Below, piece after piece: positions 1 through 9,278 of a DNA stretch of 64,000 nucleotides. A program made the position numbers and the translations under genes. This stretch comes from Bryobacterales bacterium (GTDB lineage Bacteria; Acidobacteriota; Terriglobia; Bryobacterales; UBA6623), in NCBI GenBank assembly GCA_963422375.2, contig OY729428.2:3296001-3360000 (forward strand), in the 5' to 3' direction. Within the stretch, counting starts at the first letter, position 1, and every line of letters starts with the position of its first letter. The notes under the pieces were generated by a model. It was not told where the DNA came from and ran no database searches. It saw only the letters and a program-made list of their open reading frames with translations.

Positions 1-750
1 GTGGTAGACGCAGGCCGGCAGGCCGGGATCGTAGGCCGCGCCCTTCGCCGGCTCCGCCTGTTCGAGGCTGCCGAGGGAACCCCTGCCCGGGACCCGCCCG
101 GCGGCCGCGCCGCCCGGCGGCGGAGGATTGTCCCAGTCGAAGTCGACGTAGGCCGCCACGTAGAGGTCCAGCAGTCCGTCGCCGTCGTAGTCCCCGAAGG
201 CGCAGCCAGTGGCCCAGGTGTCGGCCTGCACGCCCGCAGAGGCGGCACTGTCGGCGAAGATGCCGTCGCCGCGGTTCACATAGAGGCGGCTCTGTCCGAA
301 GTTGGTGACATACAGGTCCGTCCAACCGTCGTTGTTCACGTCGCCGGCGCAGGCGCCGACTCCCCAGCGGTGGTTGGCGACGCCGGCCCGAGCGGTCTCG
401 TCCGTGAAGCTGCCGTCCCCGCTGTTGCGGAACAGCGCGGCGGCATTCGGCGGCGCGGCACCCCGCCGGGCATCCTCGGACAGGGAATTGACCAGGTACA
501 CGTCCAGCCAGCCGTCATTGTCGTAGTCCAGCAACGCCACGCCCGAGCCGAGGGTCTCCGGCAGGTACGGCTTCAGGTCGGATCCGGCGCGGTGCCGGAA
601 CGAGTCCAGGCCGGCGGACGCGGTGACGTCGGCAAACGTCACGCCCGCCGCGGCATGCGGGGACGGCGGCGGGGCGACGACGGTCGGATCGCGCTGGGAG
701 CCTTGCGCCGCAGCCAGCAGCCCGAGCGCGAGCAGGGCGCGGCCACGCAT
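1..750 (-). CDS. CRTAC1-family FG-GAP repeat secreted protein, N-terminal part (runs off window)
   Basis: Not in the ORF track because it has no stop in the window. Manual translation from ATG 750 gives MRGRALLALGLLAAAQ (signal peptide) ...VTFADVTASAGL...YLPETLGSGVALLDYDNDGWLDVYLVN...GDVNNDGWTDLYVTN...GDYDGDGLLDLYVA, i.e. repeated DxDxDG FG-GAP motifs. Confidence 0.9.
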   Translation of the reverse strand, partial: MRGRALLALGLLAAAQGSQRDPTVVAPPPSPHAAAGVTFADVTASAGLDSFRHRAGSDLKPYLPETLGSGVALLDYDNDGWLDVYLVNSLSEDARRGAAPPNAAALFRNSGDGSFTDETARAGVANHRWGVGACAGDVNNDGWTDLYVTNFGQSRLYVNRGDGIFADSAASAGVQADTWATGCAFGDYDGDGLLDLYVAAYVDFDWDNPPPPGGAAAGRVPGRGSLGSLEQAEPAKGAAYDPGLPACVYH

Positions 751-1149
751 GCGCGGCGCCCGGAGTATGCCCGCGGGTGCCTTGCAAGCGTCGGCGTCGC
801 GTCGGCCGCTTCGGAGCTGATTCCTCCTAGGCATCGATCCGGCCCGAGCCGTGGGCGTCAGGCGCGCCGTCACTGCCGACCAGCTGCGGATGCACCGAGG
901 CGGGTGCGCGTCCGTGGAGCCGGTCCATCAGCGTACGGACTTCCGCCCGGCAGAATCCACCTTCCAAAAGCGCAACGGTGCCTCGCCTGGGCTCGTGCGC
1001 TGAATCCGGCCTCGTTCGCGACATCGTATCACGGGCCAACCGCCCGCCAAGCGCGTATCGAGGCGAGACGAGACAGTCGAGCTTCGCCACGCTCCAGCGA
1101 GCAAGCGAGCAAGTGGCGAGCGCGACAGGGGGTCGGTCCCGGCGTCCGC

Positions 1150-3291
1150 CTACTGGGGCTGCAGGCGATTCCTCAGCGCGAGGGCGGTGGGGTCGTCGGG
1201 CCGCACCTGCAGAAGCGCCTCAACGTTAGCGAGGGCGCTCGCCTTGTCACCCAGCGCCAGATGGGCCCTGGCTGCGTTCAGATAGGCCTGGGCGAGTTCC
1301 GGCTTGGCGCTACGGGCCTGCTCGAGCACGAGCAGGGCCTGCCGGTGCCGGCCGGTCTGGATGTACACGCCGCCGAGGTCGGTCAACGCCTCGGCGTACC
1401 CGTCGCGGAAGCGCACCGCCGCCCGCAGCGACTCCTCGGCCTTCGCGAAGTCTCCCTGCTGAGCGTGGACCAGGCCTAGGCTGTAGTGCGCCTCCGGGAA
1501 GTCCGGGTGCGCGGCGATCGCCGCGCCGAGGGACTGGGCGGCTTCCGCCCACGATCCGTTGCGCGCATGCACGATGCCGAGGTCGTGCAGCGCCTTGGCG
1601 TGGCTCGGCTCGATGCGGAGCGCCGCGCGCAGCGAGTCCACTGCCTCTTGCGTACGGCCCGCCTGCAAGTGCAGCCAGCCGAGGTTGTAGTGGACCGTGG
1701 CATTGTCCGGATCGGTATCCCGCGCGGCTTCCAGGGCGCGGCGGGCTGCCGCGAAGTCCCCTTGGCGCGCCGCGACGGTGCCCCAGACGCGCAGCGCGTC
1801 GGCATCTTCGGGAGCGCGTTCCAGCGCCGCCGACGCGGCGGCCCGCGCTTCGGGCAGGTCGCCGATCTCCGCCAGCGCGGTGGCGACATGGACCTGCGCC
1901 GCGCCTCCCGGCAGTCCCAGATCGACCGCCATGCGGTGCTTCTCGAGCGCTTCCGGCCAGCGCCCTTGCTCCGCGTACAAGCTCCCCAGCCGGTCGAGGC
2001 TCGCCGCATGGCGCGGGTGGACCGCGACAGCGTGCTCGAGCGCGGCCACAGCGTCCCCCCTGAGGCCGGCGGCGGCGTACGCGTCGGCCAGCTGGACCCA
2101 GTTCCGCTCGAAGCGGGTCACGTACGCGCGCCCCGGAAACGGCAGCCCGCGTTCCAGGAATTCGGTGTCGCTTTGCGGCCAGCGTTCCGCGTCGGACAGA
2201 ATGCGAGCCGCGGAAGTCCGTCCGAGATAAAGCTTGGCGATGCGGCCTTCCTCGTCGACGAAGAAGGTGGTGGGGATTGCCAGTTCGGCCGACTGGTCGA
2301 GAATGTGGCGGACCAGCAGGTCGAAGGCCGTCACGGTGTCCTCGTCGGGCAGCACCACGGGGAACGGCAGCTGCCGCTCGCGCACGTAGCGGCGGACGGT
2401 GTCGGCTTCGCCGGGCTCGTCTACGGAAACCAGCACCGGCAGCAGCGAGGCGCCTTCCAATGCCGCGCGATGCTCGGCGAAGTCGGCCAGCTCGGCTCGG
2501 CACGGAGCGCACCAGGTGGCCCAGAAGTTCAGTAGCAGCCGCTGGCCGCGGAAATGCCCCGGCTCGAGCTCGCCGCCGTCCAGAATGCGACCGCGCAAGC
2601 GCGGTGCCGGCATCGCCTCCGTCAGCCAAATGCCCGTCCGGGCCGGTTCGGGCCCGGTCGCGGGCTCCGCGGCGGACGAGGGAGCCGCGGCCGGCTCGGC
2701 GAAGAGCAGCGACCGGTAGTCGCTCTGCCCCTCCGTGATCGACACCAAGTGCCCGACCGGCACGCCGCGATGGCGGTCGACCGCGCCCGACGGCCAGTAG
2801 ATCGCCAGCTCGCGCACCTGGTCGTCGGCGCCCAGCCCGAAGTGAGCGGTCCGCGACGGCTGGGAGCGAAATCCCGAGCCGCTGCGCACCGACCGCGTGA
2901 GCCGGCGGCCGGCGGCCGTCTCCAGCACCAGCCGGGCGCCGACCGCGTCGCGGTTGCTCTTCGTACCCGCCAGTCGGACGGACACCGCCGCGCCCGACTC
3001 CGCGAGATCGTTGCGCAGCAGGCGCACCTGCGGGGAGTTGCGGCTGTTCAGGAGGATGTCCACATCCCCGTCGCGGTCGAAATCGAACGTCACGAATGCC
3101 CGGCCGTCCTGCGGGAAGTCCGCGCCAGCCACAGCGGACAGGTCGGCGAACGTGCCGTCGCCGCGATTCCAGTACAGGACGTTGCGTTCCTTGCCGCTGA
3201 GGCTGCCGTTGAGTCGGATCAGCCTGTAGAGCAGCGCCCAGCCGCGCTCGTAGCGCGAGGAGCGGGCTTGCGTTTCGGGCGACGACGACAC
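1150..3291 (-). CDS. C-terminal half: last FG-GAP blade, ASPIC/UnbV, TlpA redoxin (CxxC), TPR repeats
   Basis: DFDRDGDVD; SNRDAVGARL...GSGFRSQ...HFGLG...IYWPSG (ASPIC/UnbV); LNFWATWCAPCRAE; many TPR-type helices (HYNLG, HDLG, HYSLG). No clear Shine-Dalgarno before GTG 3291. Confidence 0.85.
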   Translation of the reverse strand: MSSSPETQARSSRYERGWALLYRLIRLNGSLSGKERNVLYWNRGDGTFADLSAVAGADFPQDGRAFVTFDFDRDGDVDILLNSRNSPQVRLLRNDLAESGAAVSVRLAGTKSNRDAVGARLVLETAAGRRLTRSVRSGSGFRSQPSRTAHFGLGADDQVRELAIYWPSGAVDRHRGVPVGHLVSITEGQSDYRSLLFAEPAAAPSSAAEPATGPEPARTGIWLTEAMPAPRLRGRILDGGELEPGHFRGQRLLLNFWATWCAPCRAELADFAEHRAALEGASLLPVLVSVDEPGEADTVRRYVRERQLPFPVVLPDEDTVTAFDLLVRHILDQSAELAIPTTFFVDEEGRIAKLYLGRTSAARILSDAERWPQSDTEFLERGLPFPGRAYVTRFERNWVQLADAYAAAGLRGDAVAALEHAVAVHPRHAASLDRLGSLYAEQGRWPEALEKHRMAVDLGLPGGAAQVHVATALAEIGDLPEARAAASAALERAPEDADALRVWGTVAARQGDFAAARRALEAARDTDPDNATVHYNLGWLHLQAGRTQEAVDSLRAALRIEPSHAKALHDLGIVHARNGSWAEAAQSLGAAIAAHPDFPEAHYSLGLVHAQQGDFAKAEESLRAAVRFRDGYAEALTDLGGVYIQTGRHRQALLVLEQARSAKPELAQAYLNAARAHLALGDKASALANVEALLQVRPDDPTALALRNRLQPQ

Positions 3292-5091
3292 GACCTGCCG
3301 CCAGAAGAAGCTTCAGAGGTCGGGCGCCCGCCCCTCGGTGCCGGTGACGAAGCCGTTGACGATGTAGATGTCGAGGTGACCGTCGTTGTCGAAGTCGACG
3401 AAGTCCGAGCACCACGCCCAGCGGCCCATCTCCACCCCGGTCGGCACGGTCACGTCGTCGAAGCTTCGGCCCTCGTTGCGGAACAGAGAGTTGCCCCGGG
3501 CGTGCCGCCGGTAGATGTCTGCCCTGGCTCCGGGGCTGTCCTCCTTGAAGTCGCGCTGCGCGGTGACCCGTCGCCCGGCCGACGACCACATGTTGCCGAA
3601 GTAGACATCCTCCAGCCCGTCGCCGTCGTAGTCTCCCAGCGCGACGCTCATGCCGGCCCCGTGGTCCTCGGTGCCCGCCTGCGCGGCAATATCGCGGAAC
3701 GTGGCGCCGCCGTTGCGGTAGAGATTCTTGCGTCCGAAGTCGTTGGCCACGAACAGGTCGGGCCAGCCGTCCTGGTCGTAGTCGCCCCAGGCGCAGGCGT
3801 GGCTGAAGCGGTCGTTGTTGTGGTCGAGGCCCGCGCTGGCGGTCGCGTCCGCGAAGGTGCCGTCGCCCTGGTTGCGGTAGAGGACGTTCGGCGGGCCGTT
3901 CGTCGCGTCATAGTAGGGGCGCGGCAGCTGGGAGGCTGCGTTCGGCCACAAGTACGCGGTCACGTACAAGTCCAGGAACCCGTCGCGGTCGTAGTCGCCG
4001 AGGCAGCCGCCCACCGCGCCCGGTTTGACGCCCAGCGGGAAGCCCTCGCGCGACAGGCTGAACCGGCCATGCCCGTCGTTGAGGAACAGCAGCGGCTGGC
4101 CCGCGGAGAGGATGAGGATCAGGTCCTGCGATCCGCTGTTGTCAATATCGGCGAAGAAGGCCGCCGAGGAGCCGTCGAGCGCGTCGAGCCCGGCGTCGGT
4201 GCTGGCGTCGGCGAACCGGCCGTCGCCCAAGTTGCGGAACAGGCGGTTGGGCAGGCCGCCAGGCTGGGTGAGGTAGAAGTCCTCCAAGCCGTCGCCGTCG
4301 TAGTCGCCGACAGCCAAGCCCTGCTGCCCGTAGACATCCATGCCGGATGCGGCATCCATGCGCGTCCGCCACACCTCGGTGCCGAAGCGCAGCTGCTGGC
4401 CGAACGAGGGGTTGTGCCCGAAGGCGGCCTGCGACACGTCGCTGAAGACGGCACTCCGCGCGCGGCTGCGCTGGCTGGGGCCGGCCTCGAGACCGGCCAG
4501 CAGCCACTTCCCCTCGGCCGGCTTGCGCCACTGGCAGCGCCACTGGGCGACCAACTGCTCGCGGAAGCCTCCGACCGCCTTGCCGGCCAGTTCGACACGC
4601 AGGTCGGTGAGCGCCGCGCCGGTGCCCCGAGACTCGATGCCGACGATCTTGAACTTGGCCCGGTCGACGGCGGCGAAGGGGGCGAGCAGCTCGTCGAGGC
4701 TCGCGGCAAACGTGCCAGCCTCCACGGTGGTGGCAGCGTGCGGGCTGCCGCGGTACGTCTCTAGCGCGCCGCGGGCATGGACGCGCTCCTCCGAAGCCGG
4801 TGCCAGCGGAGTTCCTCGGAACTCCGGGGCGATGCCGCCACGCCACCTCGGCGAGCTCGACACCAGGCCCGCGGCGATCTCGCCGAGTAGCGCCTCCAGC
4901 TCTCCCGCCTGCAGCTCGGAGAGCGAGCCGTCAGCGTCGGGGTCGACTTGTGCCAGCACCTGCTGGACAGGAGTGCCGCCGGACAACGCGTCCGCGCCCC
5001 GCAGCGGAGCGCTGGCGCCCTCGCCAAAGGACTGTGCTTGGCAGATTCCGGCCGCCGCGCAGATGCACAGCGCCACTAGGCCGTTCCGCAT
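1150..5091 (-). CDS. Predicted read-through/selenoprotein (~1313 aa): signal peptide, FG-GAP propeller with in-frame UGA (codon 593, nt 3313-3315), ASPIC/UnbV, TlpA-like thioredoxin, TPR array
   Basis: ORFs 3313..5394 and 1150..3291 share a frame, with 7 sense codons between the TGA and the downstream GTG: ...GRAPDL-TGA-SFFWRQVVSSSP. FG-GAP motifs occur on both sides of the TGA, and a SECIS-like hairpin follows it. Likely start is ATG 5091 (MRNGLVALCICAAAGICQA). Confidence 0.75.
3283..3303 (-). promoter_or_regulatory. Candidate bacterial SECIS element
   Basis: The mRNA reads UGA-AGCUUCUUC-UGGCGGCA-GGUCG-UGUCGUCG. This forms an 8-bp stem (with G-U pairs) and a 5-nt loop GGUCG starting 17 nt after the UGA. 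GCAGGUC is identical to the apical segment of the E. coli fdhF SECIS, at a 1-nt offset. Confidence 0.7.
3313..5091 (-). CDS. N-terminal half if UGA terminates: FG-GAP/VCBS repeat protein
   Basis: GDYDGDGLEDFY, GDYDRDGFLDLY, GDYDQDGWPDLF and DFDNDGHLDIY repeats; N-terminal signal peptide. Confidence 0.85.
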   Translation of the reverse strand: MRNGLVALCICAAAGICQAQSFGEGASAPLRGADALSGGTPVQQVLAQVDPDADGSLSELQAGELEALLGEIAAGLVSSSPRWRGGIAPEFRGTPLAPASEERVHARGALETYRGSPHAATTVEAGTFAASLDELLAPFAAVDRAKFKIVGIESRGTGAALTDLRVELAGKAVGGFREQLVAQWRCQWRKPAEGKWLLAGLEAGPSQRSRARSAVFSDVSQAAFGHNPSFGQQLRFGTEVWRTRMDAASGMDVYGQQGLAVGDYDGDGLEDFYLTQPGGLPNRLFRNLGDGRFADASTDAGLDALDGSSAAFFADIDNSGSQDLILILSAGQPLLFLNDGHGRFSLSREGFPLGVKPGAVGGCLGDYDRDGFLDLYVTAYLWPNAASQLPRPYYDATNGPPNVLYRNQGDGTFADATASAGLDHNNDRFSHACAWGDYDQDGWPDLFVANDFGRKNLYRNGGATFRDIAAQAGTEDHGAGMSVALGDYDGDGLEDVYFGNMWSSAGRRVTAQRDFKEDSPGARADIYRRHARGNSLFRNEGRSFDDVTVPTGVEMGRWAWCSDFVDFDNDGHLDIYIVNGFVTGTEGRAPDL

Positions 5092-5412
5092 CTCGAGTCC
5101 TTGCGCTGGCCAGGCAGCGTCGCAGCGGGCGCCTGCGGCAGGCACCCGCGCCATAAAGGTAGCAAGACAGGCGGCGGCACGCAACGGAGGGCAGGCGCTG
5201 GCCGGATCCCGCGGCACTTCGCGCCGAGACAGTGGGCCGCAGGCTTGATGCCTGCAGGTGGAGCAGGCGGCGCACCAAGCGAATCGGTCTCCCGAGACTG
5301 GGTCGGCGACGCTGCGATCCAGTCGGCAGGCGCGGCCGCGATAAGCGCGGTCATCGCCCGAGGCCGGAGCAACCGGCGAGGCCGACCGCAGCACCTACAC
5401 AACTCGCGATGC

Positions 5413-6350
5413 TCACATGCCCCACACTTCGATGGAGCCCCCCTGGATCGCCTCCGTGCGTCGGAAGATCTTGTCGGACCACGGTGAGCCCCGCTCGCCG
5501 AAGACTACCAAATGGCCCTCGTCGGCCCCCAGCCGGTCCATGTAGCTGGCCAGCTGGGCCGTGCCGTTCGCAACGGTCCGCTCCAGGGAGTCGCGGTGCA
5601 GCTTGCACTCGATGGCGATGCGCTGGTCGCCCTCCTCTCCGGGCCAGGCGACCAGCAGGTCCAGCCGCCCCCGCCCCAGGGCGTACTCCCGCTGGATGCG
5701 CCCGCCCCCGTTCGCCACCCGCTGCAGGAACGCCTGCAGCAGCAGGTGCGGCACCACCTCCAGATAGCCGGGCAGGTCCGCCAAGGTGTCGGCGCTCTCG
5801 CGGTAGTGCTGCCGGAACGCTTCCAGCAGCTTCGCCATGTCGAGGCCTCCCCCGGCGGTCGCGAAGCGGTATGCGCGCCGCTCCAGCAGCTTCTGATGGC
5901 TCGCCGTGAGCACGCGCGGCACCACCTCCGCGTAGATCGGGTTGGCGATGCGCGGCGGGTCGTCGGCCGCGAGCAGGCCCAGGTCCCTCGCGTATTCCAC
6001 GTCGTCGGAGTCGAATGCACGGTCGTCGCCGGCGAGCATGGGCCGGACGACGCGCGCCACGCGCTCGTCGCGCAGTCTCCTGCCGATCTGGTCGATGTGC
6101 GTCACCCGGCGCAGGATCAGGTCCTCCTGCGCTTCGAAGATGTCGCCCTCCGCGATCGCCCGCGAGCGGTCGCGCCCGGCCGGGCTGCGGAAGCAGGCCG
6201 CGTCGCACAGGGCGTTCACCAGCCACGGCTGCCCCCGGGTCTGGATCCTGCCTCGCCCACCGCCTCAGGGACTCGCGCAGCGCGATGGCCGGGCCCATCC
6301 GGTTCAGGACACCGAAGGCCGTCTGCTCCAGGAACTCGTCGCCGAAGGAT
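5413..6350 (-). pseudogene. AAA-ATPase / PD-(D/E)XK nuclease-domain protein, internally deleted
   Basis: The C-terminal part is intact (TRGQPWLVNALC...IANPIYAEVVPR...REYALGRGRLDLLV...IAIECK). An upstream piece in another frame (LRESLRRWA) joins it at ~6250, and the Walker B region is absent. Confidence 0.75.
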
Positions 6351-7099
6351 TCTATAAGTGAGCTTACCATGCCTGCCTGGTAAGCGCAATGGACTTTCAC
6401 ATGATCGGAAGATACATTTGTGAAATTCAGCGAGAAGCGCATCATTTGCTCGAGTTGAATTGTCACAATATGTGATTTAATGAAAAGTATATAGAAAGAA
6501 ATCATGGAAATAATGGGAAAATTGCTTTCATTCCAACCAGATCCAATATTAATACAATAAGAATCTGATATAAAACTCTCGAAATGCGCCTCGGGACCGC
6601 GGCCGGAGCCGGTGCCCGGCACCTTCCCGGAGGTCCCGGCCAGCGCCGGCCGACCCGCTCGCCGGGCCGAGGCAGCGCCGCCCGTGCCCCGGGCCGGCCC
6701 GCAGGTCGCGCGCGGCAGCGCCGGCGGCCGTCGCGCGGGAGGGTCCGCCAAGGCGCCGGCTAGGGGCCGCCCGCCACGCCCTCGCGACACGCAGCGGGAC
6801 GGGGATCCTGCGCCGCGTGCCGCGTCGTCGGCGACGGCGCGTCTCGCGCCGGACCCTGACTGACCGCCGCCCCCTCGCCCCGATGTCAGGTCCGACCGCC
6901 GTTGCCACCTCGGGCAGGGGTGTTGCTCGGCAAGGCCCCTGCGGGTGCCCGGGCCGTCGGCCGGACATCTCCGCTAGCCGGGCCCCTCGGTCCGCCGTCC
7001 GCCGACTCGCGTCAGGACACCGCCTCAAGTGCCTGAATCGAAAGGCCTTGCGGAGAATCCCACGGCCTCACCCCGGGACGGCCGTACTTGACCAATCCT

Positions 7100-7780
7100 T
7101 CGATGTACGGAATTCTGAGGCAGTTCTCGCCGGGAGCCCGGCGGCAGCCCCCAGCGGCGACGGCGGCGACTGCCTTGGAGTGGCATTCCACGCACTAGCC
7201 CACGTAATGCTCGCTGTCCTTCCGGGCGTCCGCGTGCAGTTCTTGGCTGCTGAGGCACGAGAGCGACCGGCTCTCGGTAAAGCAGCGGCTGGCCAGAAGG
7301 CCGAGCGGCTGGAAGCGCACGTTTAACGGATCGTCCCTTTCCGGGGCGGGCGAAGCCTTCCGGCGGCCCGGCAGCCGATGGCACTCGCCGCGTGCGGCGA
7401 TGATCCCCGCCGCGTCCATGCGGCCCGGGTTGCCGATTTGACCCCGGGGGCGCCCGCGCCGAGCGAACGTGCTCCCCGCCGGGGCCGTGGGAGCGCTCGT
7501 AGCGCACGCCGGGCTCGATCCCCCTAGCGAGGGCCCGGTAGCGAGCAGCGGCAGCGCCTGCTCGGCGCGTTCGAGGAGGCAGTAGCAGCGGGCGAACTGC
7601 AAGTGGGCCACGTTGCCGGAGAGCCCAGACGCAGGGCGTTCTCGAGGTTGAGCGCAGCTTCCTACGGTCGACCCAAGCGTAGGAGCACCTGCCCGAGCAG
7701 CGCGTACGCCGACGCGTAGCCGGAATGCCAATCGATGGCCGCTCGCACGGAGGCCTCAACTCTCGGCGCGGACTCGTTCG
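7100..7780 (-). pseudogene. Decayed TPR / multiheme cytochrome c protein
   Basis: Fragments in different frames: AYALLGQVLLRLGRP*EAALNLENALRLG (TPR-like) and NVRFQPLGLLASRCFTES...HYVG*CVECHSK (CxxCH), with stops and frameshifts. Confidence 0.55.
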
Positions 7781-7826
7781 AGCGAGGGCCTCCCGACAGT
7801 GCCACCGCTACCAGTACAATCGCGAG

Positions 7827-9239
7827 ATGCTTCAGATCGCTGTTGTGGCCTCGCTGCTCGGACTACTCGGGTCGCAGCACGTCCACGCGCAGGACCGAAC
7901 GAATTTCCTCCTTTTCCTCGTCGACGACCTTGGCTGGGCCGATCTCGGGATCTACGGGTCGGATCTTCACCGGACCCCTCGCATCGATGCATTCGCTCGC
8001 AACGCGATGCGCTTCACGAACGCATACGCGGCCTCGCCAGTGTGCAGCCCGACGAGAGCGTCGATTCTCACCGGCAAGCATCCCGCGAGGCTCGGCATGA
8101 CGGTGTGGCGGGAGGCCGCGAAGAATCCTCCCCTTCGCCGCAAGCTGGTTCCGCCGGTTACCCAGGACAGCCTGCCGCACGAGGAGGTCACGCTGGCCGA
8201 AGTTCTGCGCGGGGCCGGATACACGACCGCCCACGTCGGCAAGTGGCACCTCGGCACGGCCGAGTACTACCCGCAGACCCAGGGCTTCGACTACAACGTC
8301 GGCGGCACGCTCTGGGGCGCCCCGCAGACCTTCTTCTTCCCCTACGGGGGCACCGGGCCCTTCGCGGGCCTGCGATACGTCCCCCACTTGGGGGGCGGCC
8401 AGCCAGGCGAGTACCTGACGGACCGCCTGACCGACGAGGCGATTCGGATTCTGCGAAGGGAGCGCGGGAGACCCTTCTTCCTGCAGCTGGCATACCACAC
8501 GGTGCATACCCCCATCGAGGGCAAGCCGGAACTCGTGGCGCGCTACCGCGACCGGATTCAGGAGGGCATGCGCCACCGCAACGCGCACCTCGCCGCGATG
8601 GTCCATTCGCTTGACGAGAGTGTGGGCCGCGTGCTGGACGAGCTGGACTCGCTCGGCTTGGCGGGGCGCACCGTCGTCATCTTCACGTCCGATAACGGCG
8701 GCTACGTCAACAAGTTCGACGGCATGCAGGTCACGGACAACGCGCCCTTGCGCTCCGGCAAGGGCTCGCTCTACGAGGGAGGCATCCGCGTCCCCGCGTT
8801 GATTCGCTGGCCCGGCGTCACCTTACACGAATCGGCAAGCGACACGCCGATGAGCAGCGTCGACTACTACCGCACCATTCTTTCCATCGCCGGCCTCGCC
8901 GGGGACGCCGAGCACAACAGGGAGGTGGACGGATTCGATCTCGTTCGATTGCTGAGGGATCCCGGAACATCTCTCGACCGGGTCGCCCTCTTCTTTCACT
9001 ACCCGCACTACTACGCGACGACCTCGCCCGTGAGCGCCGTGCGGGCCGGCGACTGGAAGCTCCTGCGGTATTACGAAGACATGCGCGTCGAACTCTACGA
9101 CCTAGCGTCCGACCTCGGCGAGACTCGGGACCTGTCGTCGCAGAGACCCGAGATCGCGGCCGCCCTCCTCGGGCGGCTGGAAGCATGGTGGGAACTCGTC
9201 GACGCGCAACATCCCGCGCCCAATCCCGCCGCGCCCTAG
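7827..9239 (+). CDS. Secreted sulfatase (formylglycine type, S1)
   Basis: VDDLGW, CSPTRASILTG, GKWHLG, SDNGG and GSLYEGGIRVP motifs; signal peptide after ATG 7827. Confidence 0.93.
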   Translation: MLQIAVVASLLGLLGSQHVHAQDRTNFLLFLVDDLGWADLGIYGSDLHRTPRIDAFARNAMRFTNAYAASPVCSPTRASILTGKHPARLGMTVWREAAKNPPLRRKLVPPVTQDSLPHEEVTLAEVLRGAGYTTAHVGKWHLGTAEYYPQTQGFDYNVGGTLWGAPQTFFFPYGGTGPFAGLRYVPHLGGGQPGEYLTDRLTDEAIRILRRERGRPFFLQLAYHTVHTPIEGKPELVARYRDRIQEGMRHRNAHLAAMVHSLDESVGRVLDELDSLGLAGRTVVIFTSDNGGYVNKFDGMQVTDNAPLRSGKGSLYEGGIRVPALIRWPGVTLHESASDTPMSSVDYYRTILSIAGLAGDAEHNREVDGFDLVRLLRDPGTSLDRVALFFHYPHYYATTSPVSAVRAGDWKLLRYYEDMRVELYDLASDLGETRDLSSQRPEIAAALLGRLEAWWELVDAQHPAPNPAAP

Positions 9240-9278
9240 CCATCGGCCGCGAGTCTCGCCTCCTCAGCCAATCGCCGG

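Noticed and set aside
750..1150. 87-aa ORF (827-1090) between the two FG-GAP genes
   Set aside because: No RBS, motif or protein-like composition; treated as intergenic.
1..1479. 492-aa plus-strand ORF and other long antisense/alternate-frame ORFs (e.g. 2554-4764, 1310-3589, 32849-35464, 43954-45495, 45417-47546)
   Set aside because: Shadow ORFs of real genes in GC-rich DNA; R/A/P/G-rich with no recognisable motifs.
5351..6790. 479-aa ORF as an intact gene
   Set aside because: Chimeric frame: only a short central piece resembles the AAA family, and the rest is out of frame with the real C-terminal coding region.
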